A stretch of DNA of 64,000 nt from Acidimicrobiia bacterium (GTDB lineage: Bacteria > Actinomycetota > Acidimicrobiia > Spongiisociales > UBA11373), in the NCBI GenBank assembly GCA_040878325.1, contig JBBDMM010000007.1:6635-70634 (forward strand), read 5' to 3'. The translations under genes were made by a program, and so were the position numbers. How positions within the stretch are numbered: position 1 is the first letter of the stretch; every line of letters begins with the position of its first letter. Of the stretch, positions 53,117-62,925 are shown in pieces. The notes under the pieces are model-generated. The model saw only the letters and a program-made list of their open reading frames with translations. It ran no database searches and was not told where the DNA came from.

Positions 53117-53663
53117 GCTCGACGATGTACGCGTGTACCGACTCGCGGACGAGGAAGCGAATACTCCGTCCACTTGCTCGCCGTTCGCGCAGCATCGTCC
53201 CGCTCATCGGGAACTCCGGCACATCGAGCCAGACGATCCGCGCTCCGGTCGCTTCGACCTTGGCCGGGTCGACGCCTGCCCGCGGCATCACGGCGACAAT
53301 GGCCCGCTCGATGACTTCGTCGAAGCGGTGCCACGAATCGAGCCCGGCAGCGGCATCCGCGCCGAGGATCAGGACGACCTCGTCGGCACCGAGCTCGTCG
53401 AGGGTGTCGATGGTGTACGTCCACCCATCGCGCCGCACTTCGCGGTCGTCCGCATCGAAATAGTCGACTTCGTCGATCGCCAATTGAGTCATCGCCCACC
53501 GGTGCTCGGCTGCGCTCACCCGGTTGCGGGCCTTCTGCCACGGGGACCCTGCAGGGAAGAAGGTGACGACATCCAGACCCAGGTCGCGGTAGGCGGCTTC
53601 CCCGGCTACCAGATGGGCCCAATGCGGTGGATCGAATGTTCCCCCGAGAATGCCGCGGCGCAC
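53094..53663 (-). CDS. nadD: Nicotinate-nucleotide adenylyltransferase
   Basis: GGTFDPPHWAH motif. Confidence 0.85.
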   Translation of the reverse strand: MRRGILGGTFDPPHWAHLVAGEAAYRDLGLDVVTFFPAGSPWQKARNRVSAAEHRWAMTQLAIDEVDYFDADDREVRRDGWTYTIDTLDELGADEVVLILGADAAAGLDSWHRFDEVIERAIVAVMPRAGVDPAKVEATGARIVWLDVPEFPMSGTMLRERRASGRSIRFLVRESVHAYIVEHDLYAWA

Positions 53664-53699
53664 CGGCGACAGGATAGGAGGTAGTTCGCCAATGGTCGC

Positions 53700-54131
53700 T
53701 CAGGCCGCTGCCACCAGCCGCACGCCAGGCCCAGGACTGAGCGAACCGCAACCAGCCCGCATCGGATCGAGGTAGCGATCTCCGAGCCGGAGGGAGAAAT
53801 GGATCGCCTCCAACCCGTGATCGACGCCCGACAGTCCGATGATCTCGCCCGCACGGACATGCTGACCCTGCGCCACGGAACGGCTGCTCAGATAAGAGTA
53901 GGAGGTGCGCACCGACCCGCCGTGGCTGATGGTGACGCTGGCGCGCCCGGCGACTTGCCCCGAGAAGGTGACCACACCCGCATCGGCGGCCCCCACCGAG
54001 GTCCCCGCAGGCACCGCGATGTCTATCCCCCAGTGGCCGCCGTAGAGCCCCTCAGGCGCGAATCCCCGGACGACCGGACCGTCGGCCGGTAGCCCAATTA
54101 GGCATGAAACGAAGAGCGCCGCGATCAACAA
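53700..54131 (-). CDS. M23 family (LytM-like) peptidase
   Basis: HWGIDIAVPAGTSV ... HFSLR motifs. Confidence 0.65.
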   Translation of the reverse strand: MLIAALFVSCLIGLPADGPVVRGFAPEGLYGGHWGIDIAVPAGTSVGAADAGVVTFSGQVAGRASVTISHGGSVRTSYSYLSSRSVAQGQHVRAGEIIGLSGVDHGLEAIHFSLRLGDRYLDPMRAGCGSLSPGPGVRLVAAA

Positions 54132-54192
54132 GGCAGCGGCAAGGTATCAACGCGGAGAGTCGGTTAGAAGACCCACAACCGACGTGCGACTT

Positions 54193-54255
54193 GGCCGGCC
54201 GGAGGCCGGCCCAAGGCGGCCAAAGGCCGCCCGGCCGCCCGGAGACTGGAGACTG
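54193..54255. repeat. Intergenic GC hairpins plus (GGAGACT)2 heptamer repeat
   Basis: ggccggccggaggccggcc; ggcggccaaaggccgcc; ggagactggagactg. Confidence 0.6.
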
Positions 54256-54256
54256 A

Positions 54257-54646
54257 TTACGCGATCGCTTGGGCAGCGGGGCCCGCGAGCAGCCCGAGGG
54301 CGACGCTACGCAGGTCGTCCGGGCGGAACGGTTTGGTGAGAAAGGCGTCGGCGCCACCGCGGTCGGCTCGCTCTCGCGTCTCCTCCTGGGCGTGGGCGGT
54401 CAGCACCAGCACCTTCATGCCCCGGGTCCGAACATCCGAGCGGATTCTCTCGAGCACTTCCCACCCATCCATTCGCGGGAGGCCCACGTCGAGGATCAGT
54501 AGGTCGGGCCGAGTAGTCAGGGCCGCCTCGAGGCCGGTGGGGCCGTCTGACCGCGTCTCGACCTCTACGCCCGCGGGGCGGAGGCATACCGAGATCAACC
54601 GCTGGATGACGGCTGAGTCCTCGACCACCAATACACGCTGAGCCAC
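54257..54646 (-). CDS. Single-domain response regulator (CheY-like receiver)
   Basis: VLVVEDSAVIQ ... LLILDVGLPRMDG ... KP. Confidence 0.7.
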   Translation of the reverse strand: MAQRVLVVEDSAVIQRLISVCLRPAGVEVETRSDGPTGLEAALTTRPDLLILDVGLPRMDGWEVLERIRSDVRTRGMKVLVLTAHAQEETRERADRGGADAFLTKPFRPDDLRSVALGLLAGPAAQAIA

Positions 54647-54763
54647 TGCTGCGACCTTTCTCTGATCTAGTGAATGTATCGACCCCCCGCTCCAGCGCCT
54701 TGAGCCGGGCGGGCCGATACCCCGATCTGCGGGGGGCCATTCGCCTGGGCGACGACGGACTAG

Positions 54764-56191
54764 TCAGACGAGACGCCTCACCGGCCGACTGACGGGGATC
54801 GCCACCTTCTCGACGAATCTCTCGAGTTGGCGAAGGCTCCTCACCTCGTGGACCTCATCACAGACCGCGGCATAGGCGCCCATCACCGAATCGCCGGTGT
54901 CCCAGTACCGGCGCCGCTCGGGGTTCAGCCAGTAGACCGACCGCGCCACCGAAGCGATCCGGGCGAGGGCCGCCGGGTTGGGATCGTGGTAGTTGGTGCG
55001 AGCGTCGCCCGTCACGATGACGATGCTCCTTGGGGTGATCGCCTCGAAGTGATCGAGCACAAAGGTGCCGAACGCATTGCCGTAGTCGCTGTGCCCGTCG
55101 AGCCACACGACTTCCGCCTCGGTGCCCACCCTCCGCAATGCCTCGGTGAAGTCGACTCCGGGTCCGAAGAATCGGGTGACCTCGTCGATCGTGTCGATGA
55201 AGGCAAAGGTCCTGACCCGATTCAGCTGCGCGGCGATGGCGTAGACGAATTGCATGGTGAATCGGGCAAACGTGGCTACCGACCCGCTGATGTCGGTGAG
55301 GAGCACGATCTCGGGTTTCGTCGGTCGAGGTGTGCGGAATCGAGGGTCGATGGGCACTCCCCCGGTCTGCAGCGACGACCTGACGGTTCTCCGCACGTCC
55401 AATCGCCCGTCCCGCCCTCGCCGCCTGCGCCGGGCGAGGCGGCTCGCCAGCTTCCGGGTGAGGGGGTGTACCGCCGCCTCGACCCGGGCGAGGTCGTCGC
55501 GAGACGCCGTGGTCAGATCGAGGTCTTCCACCAGGGGTCGCCGCAGCGTGCGGGCAACGGCCTGCCGGCCGCGATCCGCCACCAGCCGCCGCCTGATCTC
55601 GGCCCGAAGCGCCTCCCGGAACTCCTCGAGCCTGCGTTCTACCTCCTCCGCGGTCAAGCGCGACTCGATCGGGGACGCCCCCGGGGTCTCGAGCTCGTCA
55701 CGCAGCCGCGCCCCCACCTCATCCAGCTCGAGCCGTCGGAGGACGCGATACAGGTAATACGCCCCGCCGACCGGCCGGCCCGGTTCCATCCCGGCAAGCC
55801 GGGTCACCGCTGACCGCACCACAGACTGCATCAGGCCGAGGTCGCCGTCGCGCAGCGAGCTGAACAGTGCCGCCACCAGGTCCTCGACCTCGCTGGCTCC
55901 GGCGCCCGCTCCCCCCGACCCGGAAACGGCAACCTGGTCGTCAAGCGCCCGGCGATCGGCATCCTCGCCTCCGGGAGGCATCAGGGCGAAAAATGCCTCG
56001 AATGCCGCGTCGAACGCGTCGATATGGCGGGCGCTCTTCACGAGGGTGGCGCCGAGGGCCGCCTTCAGCGACAGTCGGGATTCGATGTCGACGTGCTCGA
56101 GTGCTCGGGCTGCATCGACGGCTTCCACCATCGAGACCGGGACACCGGCCTCGCGTAGTTCGCCGATGAAGGCGGTCAGAAAGGCAGCCAT
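54764..56191 (-). CDS. VWA domain protein (CoxE-like), partner of MoxR ATPase
   Basis: MIDAS motif DISGS in a C-terminal vWA domain. Start overlaps the moxR stop. Confidence 0.7.
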   Translation of the reverse strand: MAAFLTAFIGELREAGVPVSMVEAVDAARALEHVDIESRLSLKAALGATLVKSARHIDAFDAAFEAFFALMPPGGEDADRRALDDQVAVSGSGGAGAGASEVEDLVAALFSSLRDGDLGLMQSVVRSAVTRLAGMEPGRPVGGAYYLYRVLRRLELDEVGARLRDELETPGASPIESRLTAEEVERRLEEFREALRAEIRRRLVADRGRQAVARTLRRPLVEDLDLTTASRDDLARVEAAVHPLTRKLASRLARRRRRGRDGRLDVRRTVRSSLQTGGVPIDPRFRTPRPTKPEIVLLTDISGSVATFARFTMQFVYAIAAQLNRVRTFAFIDTIDEVTRFFGPGVDFTEALRRVGTEAEVVWLDGHSDYGNAFGTFVLDHFEAITPRSIVIVTGDARTNYHDPNPAALARIASVARSVYWLNPERRRYWDTGDSVMGAYAAVCDEVHEVRSLRQLERFVEKVAIPVSRPVRRLV

Positions 56192-57057
56192 CAGCCTGCC
56201 GCAGTGCCCTCGGTGAGGCCGGCGGCCACCCGCTCGATGTCGGTTTGGTGCTTGAGCAACACATTGAGGGTGTCGCCGATGACGGCCTCGTCGATATCGG
56301 CGACACCGAGGGCAATCAGGGTGCGCGCCCAGTCGACCGATTCACTGACCGACGGCGGCTTGCGCAGGTTCTGGGCCCTGACCCCGGCGACGAACCTCGC
56401 CACCCGATCGGCCAGGGCAGCGGCGAGCCCGGGTACCCGGGTCAAGAGGATCTCGCGCTCGCGTTCGATCGTCGGATATCCGATGTGAAGGAAGAGGCAG
56501 CGCCGTTTCAGCGCCTCCGACAGTTCGCGAGTGTTGTTGGAGGTGAGGTACACCGCCGGGAGGCTCGACGCCCCGATCGTCCCCAACTCGGGGATCGAGA
56601 CCTGAAAGTCACTGAGGACCTCGAGCATCAGGGCTTCGGTCTCGACCTCGACCCGGTCGACCTCGTCGATCAACAGCACCACCGGTTCCGGCGAGCGGAT
56701 TGCCTCGAGCAGCGGCCGGGTGAGTAGAAAGTCCTCCCCGAATATGTCGGCCTCGATCTCTAACCACTCGCGGCCCTGGTCGGCCTGCAGTCTCAGCAGC
56801 TGCTTGCGGTAGTTCCATTCGTACAGAGCCTTCGACTCGTCGAGACCCTCGTAGCACTGCAGCCGGATGAGCCGCTTGCCGGTGGCGCCGGCGACGGCCT
56901 TCGCCAGCTCCGTCTTGCCGACCCCGGCAGGCCCCTCGACCAGCACCGGCTTGTCGAGCCGATCGGCCAGGAAGACCACCTGGGCGATGCGGTCGTCGGC
57001 CAGATAGCCCTGGGCGGCGAGGGCAGAACGTACCGCCGAGGCATCTGAGAACATCAT
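56191..57057 (-). CDS. MoxR-like AAA+ ATPase
   Basis: Walker A GPAGVGKT. The start is probably MMFSDASAV. Confidence 0.75.
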   Translation of the reverse strand: MMFSDASAVRSALAAQGYLADDRIAQVVFLADRLDKPVLVEGPAGVGKTELAKAVAGATGKRLIRLQCYEGLDESKALYEWNYRKQLLRLQADQGREWLEIEADIFGEDFLLTRPLLEAIRSPEPVVLLIDEVDRVEVETEALMLEVLSDFQVSIPELGTIGASSLPAVYLTSNNTRELSEALKRRCLFLHIGYPTIEREREILLTRVPGLAAALADRVARFVAGVRAQNLRKPPSVSESVDWARTLIALGVADIDEAVIGDTLNVLLKHQTDIERVAAGLTEGTAAG

Positions 57058-57136
57058 CGGATCGTGACGGTCTGGCACAGAGGGGAGTGTATGAAGACCC
57101 GGGCGCCGAGGATGCCTGAGGGTTTGGTGCTCGGCC

Positions 57137-58411
57137 TCACGACGACTTCTCGTCATCGATATCGGGGTCACTGAACTCGAAGACGACGTCGCCGATTCGA
57201 ACCTCGTCGCCGGGCAGTGCGCCCGCCTTGCGGAGAGCTTCGTCGACACCCGCTCGGGAGAGCCTCCTGGCGGCGAATCCGGCCGCCTCCGGCTTGGTCA
57301 GGTCGTCCAGCGCCACCGCCCGCTCGGCCACCTGCCCCTCGACGACCCACCGGCTGCCGTCGTGGTGGATCTCGAAGCCCCGCGGGCTCGGTCGATGCAG
57401 CACGTACCCCTCGGCGTCGGGCACCTCCCGCTCCACCCGCTCCACCGCATCGCCGATGGCATGCAAGAGCCCGTTGATTCCCTCACCGGTGACCGCGGAG
57501 ATCGCCCGCGCCGCGACACCGATTGCAGCAAGCGCCGCGATCGCCACTGCGGCTTCGGGAAGGTCCGCCTTTGACACCGCGACGATCTCCTCCCGCGCCG
57601 CCAGGCGGGGGTCATGGTTCATCAGTTCCTGGCGGAGGATGCCCAACTGACGCACGCAATCGACCTCCTGGAGGGTCGAAGGGTCGAGCAGCACGACCAA
57701 CGCCCGGGCCCGTTCGGCGTGGCGCAGGAACCGATGGCCCAGCCCTCGACCCTCGGCCGCTCCCTCGATGAGACCCGGAATGTCTGCAAGCACGAAACGA
57801 CGATCATCAATCTCTACCACGCCCAGATTCGGCTCCAGTGTGGTGAACGGATAGTCGGCGATCTTGGGGCGGGCGGCCGAGACCCGGGCGATCAGGGTGC
57901 TCTTGCCGGCATTGGGGAATCCGATCAGAGCGGCATCGGCGATGAGCTTCAATTCGAAAGTGAAGTCGGCCTCGGGTCCGTACTCACCCTGTTCGGCGAA
58001 CGCCGGCGCCAGCGCCTTGGGACCGGCGAGAGCGACGTTTCCCTTGCCGCCGCGGCCCCCCCGCACCAGAACCACCCGCTGTCCCGGGCGGGCAAGATCG
58101 GCGATCATCGTGCCGGCGTCGTCGCGAATCACCGTCCCTGGTGGGACCGCAAGGACCAGGTCCGACCCCTGCCGCCCCTGCTGAAAGTCGCCCTTGCCGT
58201 GGGTTCCAGACTCGGCGCGCCGGTGGGGACGCCGCTGAAAGTCGAGCAGCGTCGAGACCTCGGAGTTGGCCTCCGCGATGACATCGCCCCCGGCCCCGCC
58301 CGATCCGCCCAAAGGCTTGCCTCGCGGGCGACCGCGGACGCGCTCGAATGCGACGATCCCCGCGCCGCCATCACCGGCGCGAAGGTGAACGGTGACCTCG
58401 TCGACGAACAC
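57137..58411 (-). CDS. obgE: GTPase ObgE/CgtA
   Basis: Obg fold N-domain; GFPNAGKST, DIPGLIEGA. Confidence 0.9.
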   Translation of the reverse strand: MFVDEVTVHLRAGDGGAGIVAFERVRGRPRGKPLGGSGGAGGDVIAEANSEVSTLLDFQRRPHRRAESGTHGKGDFQQGRQGSDLVLAVPPGTVIRDDAGTMIADLARPGQRVVLVRGGRGGKGNVALAGPKALAPAFAEQGEYGPEADFTFELKLIADAALIGFPNAGKSTLIARVSAARPKIADYPFTTLEPNLGVVEIDDRRFVLADIPGLIEGAAEGRGLGHRFLRHAERARALVVLLDPSTLQEVDCVRQLGILRQELMNHDPRLAAREEIVAVSKADLPEAAVAIAALAAIGVAARAISAVTGEGINGLLHAIGDAVERVEREVPDAEGYVLHRPSPRGFEIHHDGSRWVVEGQVAERAVALDDLTKPEAAGFAARRLSRAGVDEALRKAGALPGDEVRIGDVVFEFSDPDIDDEKSS

Positions 58412-58430
58412 GGCTCAGCCGAGCCGCGGA

Positions 58431-58685
58431 CTATTCGCCGGCGAGGACGCTGACTTCGCGGCGTCCTCGCCGCGAGCCATAGCTGACGACCCCGTCGGCA
58501 GTGGCGAAGAGCGTGTCGTCGTTGCCGCGGCCGACGTTGCGACCGGGGTGGATCTTTGTGCCGCGCTGCCTGACGATGATCGACCCGGCCGTCACTTCCT
58601 GGCCGTCGAAAACCTTCGAACCGAGGCGCTTGGCGTGTGAGTCACGGCCGTTCTTGGTCGAACCGCCGCCCTTGGTCTTCGACAT
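58431..58685 (-). CDS. rpmA: 50S ribosomal protein L27
   Basis: [16 protein letters not shown]... Confidence 0.9.
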   Translation of the reverse strand: MSKTKGGGSTKNGRDSHAKRLGSKVFDGQEVTAGSIIVRQRGTKIHPGRNVGRGNDDTLFATADGVVSYGSRRGRREVSVLAGE

Positions 58686-58686
58686 C

Positions 58687-59244
58687 TCAGGACTCCTTCT
58701 TGGGCTTGGGCTTGGCCGCAGCGGGCTTCTTGCTCGCCGCCGGCTTCTTGGCCGCCGCGGCAGTCTTGGCCGCAGGCTTCTTGGCCGCAGGCTTCTTGGC
58801 CGCTGCGGGTTTTGCTGCCGCGGGTTTGGCTGCGGCGGGTTTGGCCGCCGCGGGTTTGGCCGCCGGCGGCGAATCCTTGGGGGCGTTCTCCTTCGAGGCG
58901 TCCTCGGTGGTCGCGGGTTCCTTGGCTGCCTGCTTCTTGGGTAGTTCGATCTTCAGGACTTCGAGGGTCGTGTACTTCTGGCGGTGCCCGCCGCGCTTGC
59001 GGTAACCGGTCTTTGCCTTGTACTTGAAGATCTCGATCTTGTCGCCCGCCGACTCCCCGACGACCTTGGCGGTCACCTTTGCCGACTTGAGCTCGTCACG
59101 GCTCGAATAGACCTTGCCCTTGTCGTCGACGACGAGCAGAGGGGTGAAGCTGAGCTCGCCGTCAGCGCGCACGCGCTCGACGTCGATGACGTCGCCTTCG
59201 CGCACTTTCGTCTGCTTGCCGCCGGAGCGGATGATGGCGTACAT
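58687..59244 (-). CDS. rplU: 50S ribosomal protein L21 with an approximately 80-aa Ala/Lys/Pro-rich C-terminal extension
   Basis: [11 protein letters not shown]... core, followed by an (AAKPA)n tail encoded by tandem 15-bp repeats. Confidence 0.85.
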   Translation of the reverse strand: MYAIIRSGGKQTKVREGDVIDVERVRADGELSFTPLLVVDDKGKVYSSRDELKSAKVTAKVVGESAGDKIEIFKYKAKTGYRKRGGHRQKYTTLEVLKIELPKKQAAKEPATTEDASKENAPKDSPPAAKPAAAKPAAAKPAAAKPAAAKKPAAKKPAAKTAAAAKKPAASKKPAAAKPKPKKES

Positions 59245-59288
59245 AGTCAGAGGTCCTAAGGCCGGGAGGTGTAAATCCTAGCCGATAG

Positions 59289-59352
59289 CCACCAGCCACC
59301 AGCCACCAGCCAGATATGCCTCTTGCTATGGGCCGTGGGCTGTGGGCTGTCG
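59289..59352. repeat. Heptamer arrays (CCACCAG)3 and (TGGGCTG)3
   Basis: ccaccagccaccagccaccagcca ... gggccgtgggctgtgggctgtcg, between rplU and rne. Confidence 0.85.
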
Positions 59353-59360
59353 ACTTCCCG

Positions 59361-60878
59361 CTATTCGCCGTCCGCCGGCATGGCGGCGCCGACGGTGGCC
59401 GCTTCCGCAAAGAGGACCACCCCGCGGCCGGCGCAGGTCGGGCACAGGTGAGAAAACGACTCGAGGAGGCCTTCCGACTCGTTTTTTCGGGTCATCTCGA
59501 CGAGCCCTAGGTTGGAGACCTCGAACACCTGGGTGCGGGTCTTGTCTCGAGCGAGCGCCTCCCGCAGCCGTCGCAGCACGGCTTCTCGATTCTTCGAGAT
59601 CTCCATGTCGATGAAGTCGATCACGATGATCCCGCCGATGTCGCGCAGCCGGAGTTGGTGAGCGATCTCCTCGGCCGCCTCGAGGTTGTTCTGCAGCACG
59701 GTTTCTTCGAGATTGGAGTGCCCCACGAATCGACCGGTGTTGACGTCGATCACCGTGAGCGCCTCGGTCCGATCGATGACGATATGGCCGCCGGATGGCA
59801 GCCAGACCTTCCGTTCGAGCGCCTTGCGGAGTTGGTCCTCGACATGGAATCGTTCGAAGATCGACATCTCTTCCTCATACAGCGACACCTTGGTGAGAAG
59901 GTCCGGGTCGGTCTCCTTGAGATACCCGATCACCTCGTCGTGGACTGCGGGGTCGTCGATGAGGAGGCGCCGAAACTCCGAGGTGAAGTGCTCGCGGATG
60001 ACGCGGATCACCATCGGGGGCTCCTCGTAGACCAGTCGGGGCGCTGCTCCCTGCGGCACTGATTGATCGATGTCGGCCCAGATGCCGAGCAGGCGTTCGA
60101 TGTCGGCGGAAATCTCCGCCTTGGTGGCGCCCTCGGAGGCGGTACGCATGATCATCCCGAAATCGCCGAGGTCCATCTCGGCGGTGAGCTGCCGGTGGAT
60201 CTCCTTGAGTCGGTCGCGCTCGGCGTCGCCGAGGCGGCGGCTTACCGACGGCGAGGTGACGTTGGGGTCGAGCACGACGAACCGGCCAGAGAGGCTCACC
60301 TCGTTGGTGAGACGTGCCCCCTTGTGGCCCATGGCGTCCTTGACCACCTGCACGAGTACCTCGTCGCCCACCTTCAGCGCCTTCTCGATCCGGGGGCGAC
60401 GGCCATCCTTCGCCGCCTTGAGGTCCCCGGCGTAGAGCACCCCGTTCTTCGGTTCGCCGAAGTCGATGAACGCCGCCTCCATGCCGGGAAGCACGTTGCG
60501 AACCTTGCCGACATAGATGTTGTCGGTCAGCGAGGGGCGATCGGATCGGGCGACGTAGTGCTCGACCAGCAGTGCGCCCTCCAGCACGACGATCTGGGTC
60601 TGATGGGGGGTCCGTCGCACCAGCATCTGCTTGCGCTCGGTGCTCGGCGGCGGAGTGATGATCTCCGGCTCGGGGCGAGACTCGCGCCGTGTCCGTCCCG
60701 TGCGCCGGGGCTCCCGGGGCTGACGGCCCCGCTTCGCGGGTGCCGGCGGCGTGACCTCGCGGACACGCGTGATTTCGACGGTGCTACCGCCGAAACGCCT
60801 TGTGGTCTTCTCCTCGACGGCGGTGTCCCCCACGCCGCGGCGGATGATCTCGACACGCTTCTTCTTGAACAAACCCAT
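59361..60878 (-). CDS. Ribonuclease E/G family endoribonuclease
   Basis: S1 domain then catalytic core. Start inferred at MGLFKKKRVEI, with an Arg-rich N-terminal segment. Confidence 0.75.
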   Translation of the reverse strand: MGLFKKKRVEIIRRGVGDTAVEEKTTRRFGGSTVEITRVREVTPPAPAKRGRQPREPRRTGRTRRESRPEPEIITPPPSTERKQMLVRRTPHQTQIVVLEGALLVEHYVARSDRPSLTDNIYVGKVRNVLPGMEAAFIDFGEPKNGVLYAGDLKAAKDGRRPRIEKALKVGDEVLVQVVKDAMGHKGARLTNEVSLSGRFVVLDPNVTSPSVSRRLGDAERDRLKEIHRQLTAEMDLGDFGMIMRTASEGATKAEISADIERLLGIWADIDQSVPQGAAPRLVYEEPPMVIRVIREHFTSEFRRLLIDDPAVHDEVIGYLKETDPDLLTKVSLYEEEMSIFERFHVEDQLRKALERKVWLPSGGHIVIDRTEALTVIDVNTGRFVGHSNLEETVLQNNLEAAEEIAHQLRLRDIGGIIVIDFIDMEISKNREAVLRRLREALARDKTRTQVFEVSNLGLVEMTRKNESEGLLESFSHLCPTCAGRGVVLFAEAATVGAAMPADGE

Positions 60879-61173
60879 AGGAAAGCCCCTTCGACGCCCG
60901 CGCCTGCGGGCCTGTGGTTGGAAAGGCACGCCGGTCCGGCGCGCCGATGTCCGTCCGCGGGACGGCCGACGAAGAAGGTCGGTCGGCGCGATCGACGGAG
61001 ACGGACATGAACATTCGAAAAACTCCGGTCTCGACGGAGCGGGCGGGCGGTTTGACCACCGGGCCGCGCCCACGGCGGCTCACAATAGCAGTGGCCCCCC
61101 TGGGTCCCGGCATTGCCGCCCTTGATGCTTTGGCTCCCCGAGTGACGGGCTCTCTCCCTGTTAGGTTGGGGGG

Positions 61174-61770
61174 ATGGACCGGAGAGACGATCGCGGCTGG
61201 GTAGAAGTCATCTGCGGCCCGATGTTCTCCGGCAAGAGCGAAGAGCTCATTCGCCGCATCACCCGGTACAAGATCGCCCGCCTGGCCACCCAGACCTTCA
61301 AGCCCGTGATCGACGACCGCTACGCCGCCGACCAAGTGGTCTCCCATTCATCGCTGTCCACCGCCGCAGAGCCGGTGGCCGACAGCGCCGAGCTGCTGAG
61401 CCGGGTTCTCGATCGCACCGTCGTCGTGGGCATCGACGAAGCACAGTTCTTCGACGATGGGCTGGTGGAAGTCGTGGCGATGCTCGCCGAATCGGGGAAG
61501 AAGGTCATCGTCGCCGGCCTCGATCTCGACTACCTGGGGAGACCGTTCGAACCTATCCCCACGCTGATGACCCGGGCCGAGTACGTCACCAAGAGCCTCG
61601 CTGTGTGCCACCGGTGCGGCGGGGCCGGTATGTTCACCCAGCGGGTGATCGCCTCTGATGAGCTCGTGGTGCTAGGGGCCGAGGGTGCGTACGAGGCACG
61701 GTGTCGCTACTGCTACGACCCGTCCGAAGGGCAGCAAGAGCGCCTCGAGATCGGATCGGTTCAGGGCTAG
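61174..61770 (+). CDS. tdk: Thymidine kinase
   Basis: P-loop GPMFSGKS, C-terminal zinc motif CHRCG ... CRYC. Confidence 0.85.
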   Translation: MDRRDDRGWVEVICGPMFSGKSEELIRRITRYKIARLATQTFKPVIDDRYAADQVVSHSSLSTAAEPVADSAELLSRVLDRTVVVGIDEAQFFDDGLVEVVAMLAESGKKVIVAGLDLDYLGRPFEPIPTLMTRAEYVTKSLAVCHRCGGAGMFTQRVIASDELVVLGAEGAYEARCRYCYDPSEGQQERLEIGSVQG

Positions 61771-61776
61771 GGAGCG

Positions 61777-62925
61777 TCAGTTCCGCGGAACGGGGCTGCG
61801 GGTCATCCAGATCGAGTTCACGATCCCCACGCTCACCGCCATGGCGATGTAGAAGGATCCCCCGAACGACAGAAATGGCAGGGGAAGGCCGGTCACCGGG
61901 AGCAACCCGACCGCCATTCCGATGTTCACGAAGACGTGAAACCCGAACATCGCGGCGATCCCCGTCGCCGCCAGTTGTCCGAATCGATCGCGGGCACCCG
62001 CGGCGACGATCAGCATTCGCCAAATGAGGGCGGCATAGAGGCCGATCACCAGGGTGCCGCCGACGAACCCGAGCTGCTCGGCAACCGCGGTGAATATGAA
62101 GTCTGTGGTCTGGGACGGGACGAATGCCAGGTTGGTCTGAGACCCCTCGAAGAGACCCTGGCCGAACATGCCGCCGCTGCCGATGGCGATCTGGCTCTGG
62201 TTCTGGTTGTAGTTGACCAGCAGTGTCTGCTCGTTGGGGTTGAGGAACCCTTCCAACCGCTCCAACTGGTAGCCGCGCAGGAGGTCGAGTTCCACCGCGA
62301 GCCCGAGCGCGACGATCGCCAGGACGATCAGCATGACCAGCTGCCGAACCGTGGTGCCTGCGACGAACAGCATCACGAACGTGACGAACGCAAAGACGAG
62401 CATCGTGCCGAGGTCTGGCTGGAGAAAGATGAAGATGGCCGGGAAGCCCACGAGGGCCCCCACCTTGAGGAGTCGAAGCCACTTCATCCGGCCCTCCTCG
62501 ACCGGAGCCAGCATCAGGGCGAGTGCCAGGATCACCCCCACCTTCGCCACTTCAGACGGTTGGAGGTCGAACAGCCCCAGCGAGATCCACCGCTGGGCCC
62601 CCTGCCGCAGCGCGCCGATCGGGCTGAGCACCGCCAGTAGCAGGACGACCATCCCCGCGTATAGATACGGCGCGGCGAGCTTCCACACCCGGTCCGAGAC
62701 CAGGGAGGTGACGATGAGGACCCCCGCACCCAGACCGACGTAGATCATTTGTCTGAGCATTTGGGAGTTCCGGCCCAGGCCTGCCGCCTCGAGACGCGGA
62801 CCCGAAGTGCTCAAGATCATCAGCAGCCCCAACGCGCTGAGCACGGCGGTGATCCCGATCAGAACGAAGTCGGGCCGGGAGCGCCTGGGCCGCGGCCTGA
62901 GATCGATGGCGGAAACGCTGCTCAT
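61777..62925 (-). CDS. rodA: SEDS family peptidoglycan glycosyltransferase (RodA/FtsW)
   Basis: 10 TM helices; directly downstream of PBP2. Confidence 0.8.
   Translation of the reverse strand: MSSVSAIDLRPRPRRSRPDFVLIGITAVLSALGLLMILSTSGPRLEAAGLGRNSQMLRQMIYVGLGAGVLIVTSLVSDRVWKLAAPYLYAGMVVLLLAVLSPIGALRQGAQRWISLGLFDLQPSEVAKVGVILALALMLAPVEEGRMKWLRLLKVGALVGFPAIFIFLQPDLGTMLVFAFVTFVMLFVAGTTVRQLVMLIVLAIVALGLAVELDLLRGYQLERLEGFLNPNEQTLLVNYNQNQSQIAIGSGGMFGQGLFEGSQTNLAFVPSQTTDFIFTAVAEQLGFVGGTLVIGLYAALIWRMLIVAAGARDRFGQLAATGIAAMFGFHVFVNIGMAVGLLPVTGLPLPFLSFGGSFYIAMAVSVGIVNSIWMTRSPVPRN

Noticed and set aside
59361-61073. Full 570-aa RNase E/G ORF starting at 61073
   Set aside because: The first roughly 65 codons are not protein-like (PAPSRPEFFECSCPSPS...). 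The start was reassigned to MGLFKKK at 60878, though the true start remains uncertain.
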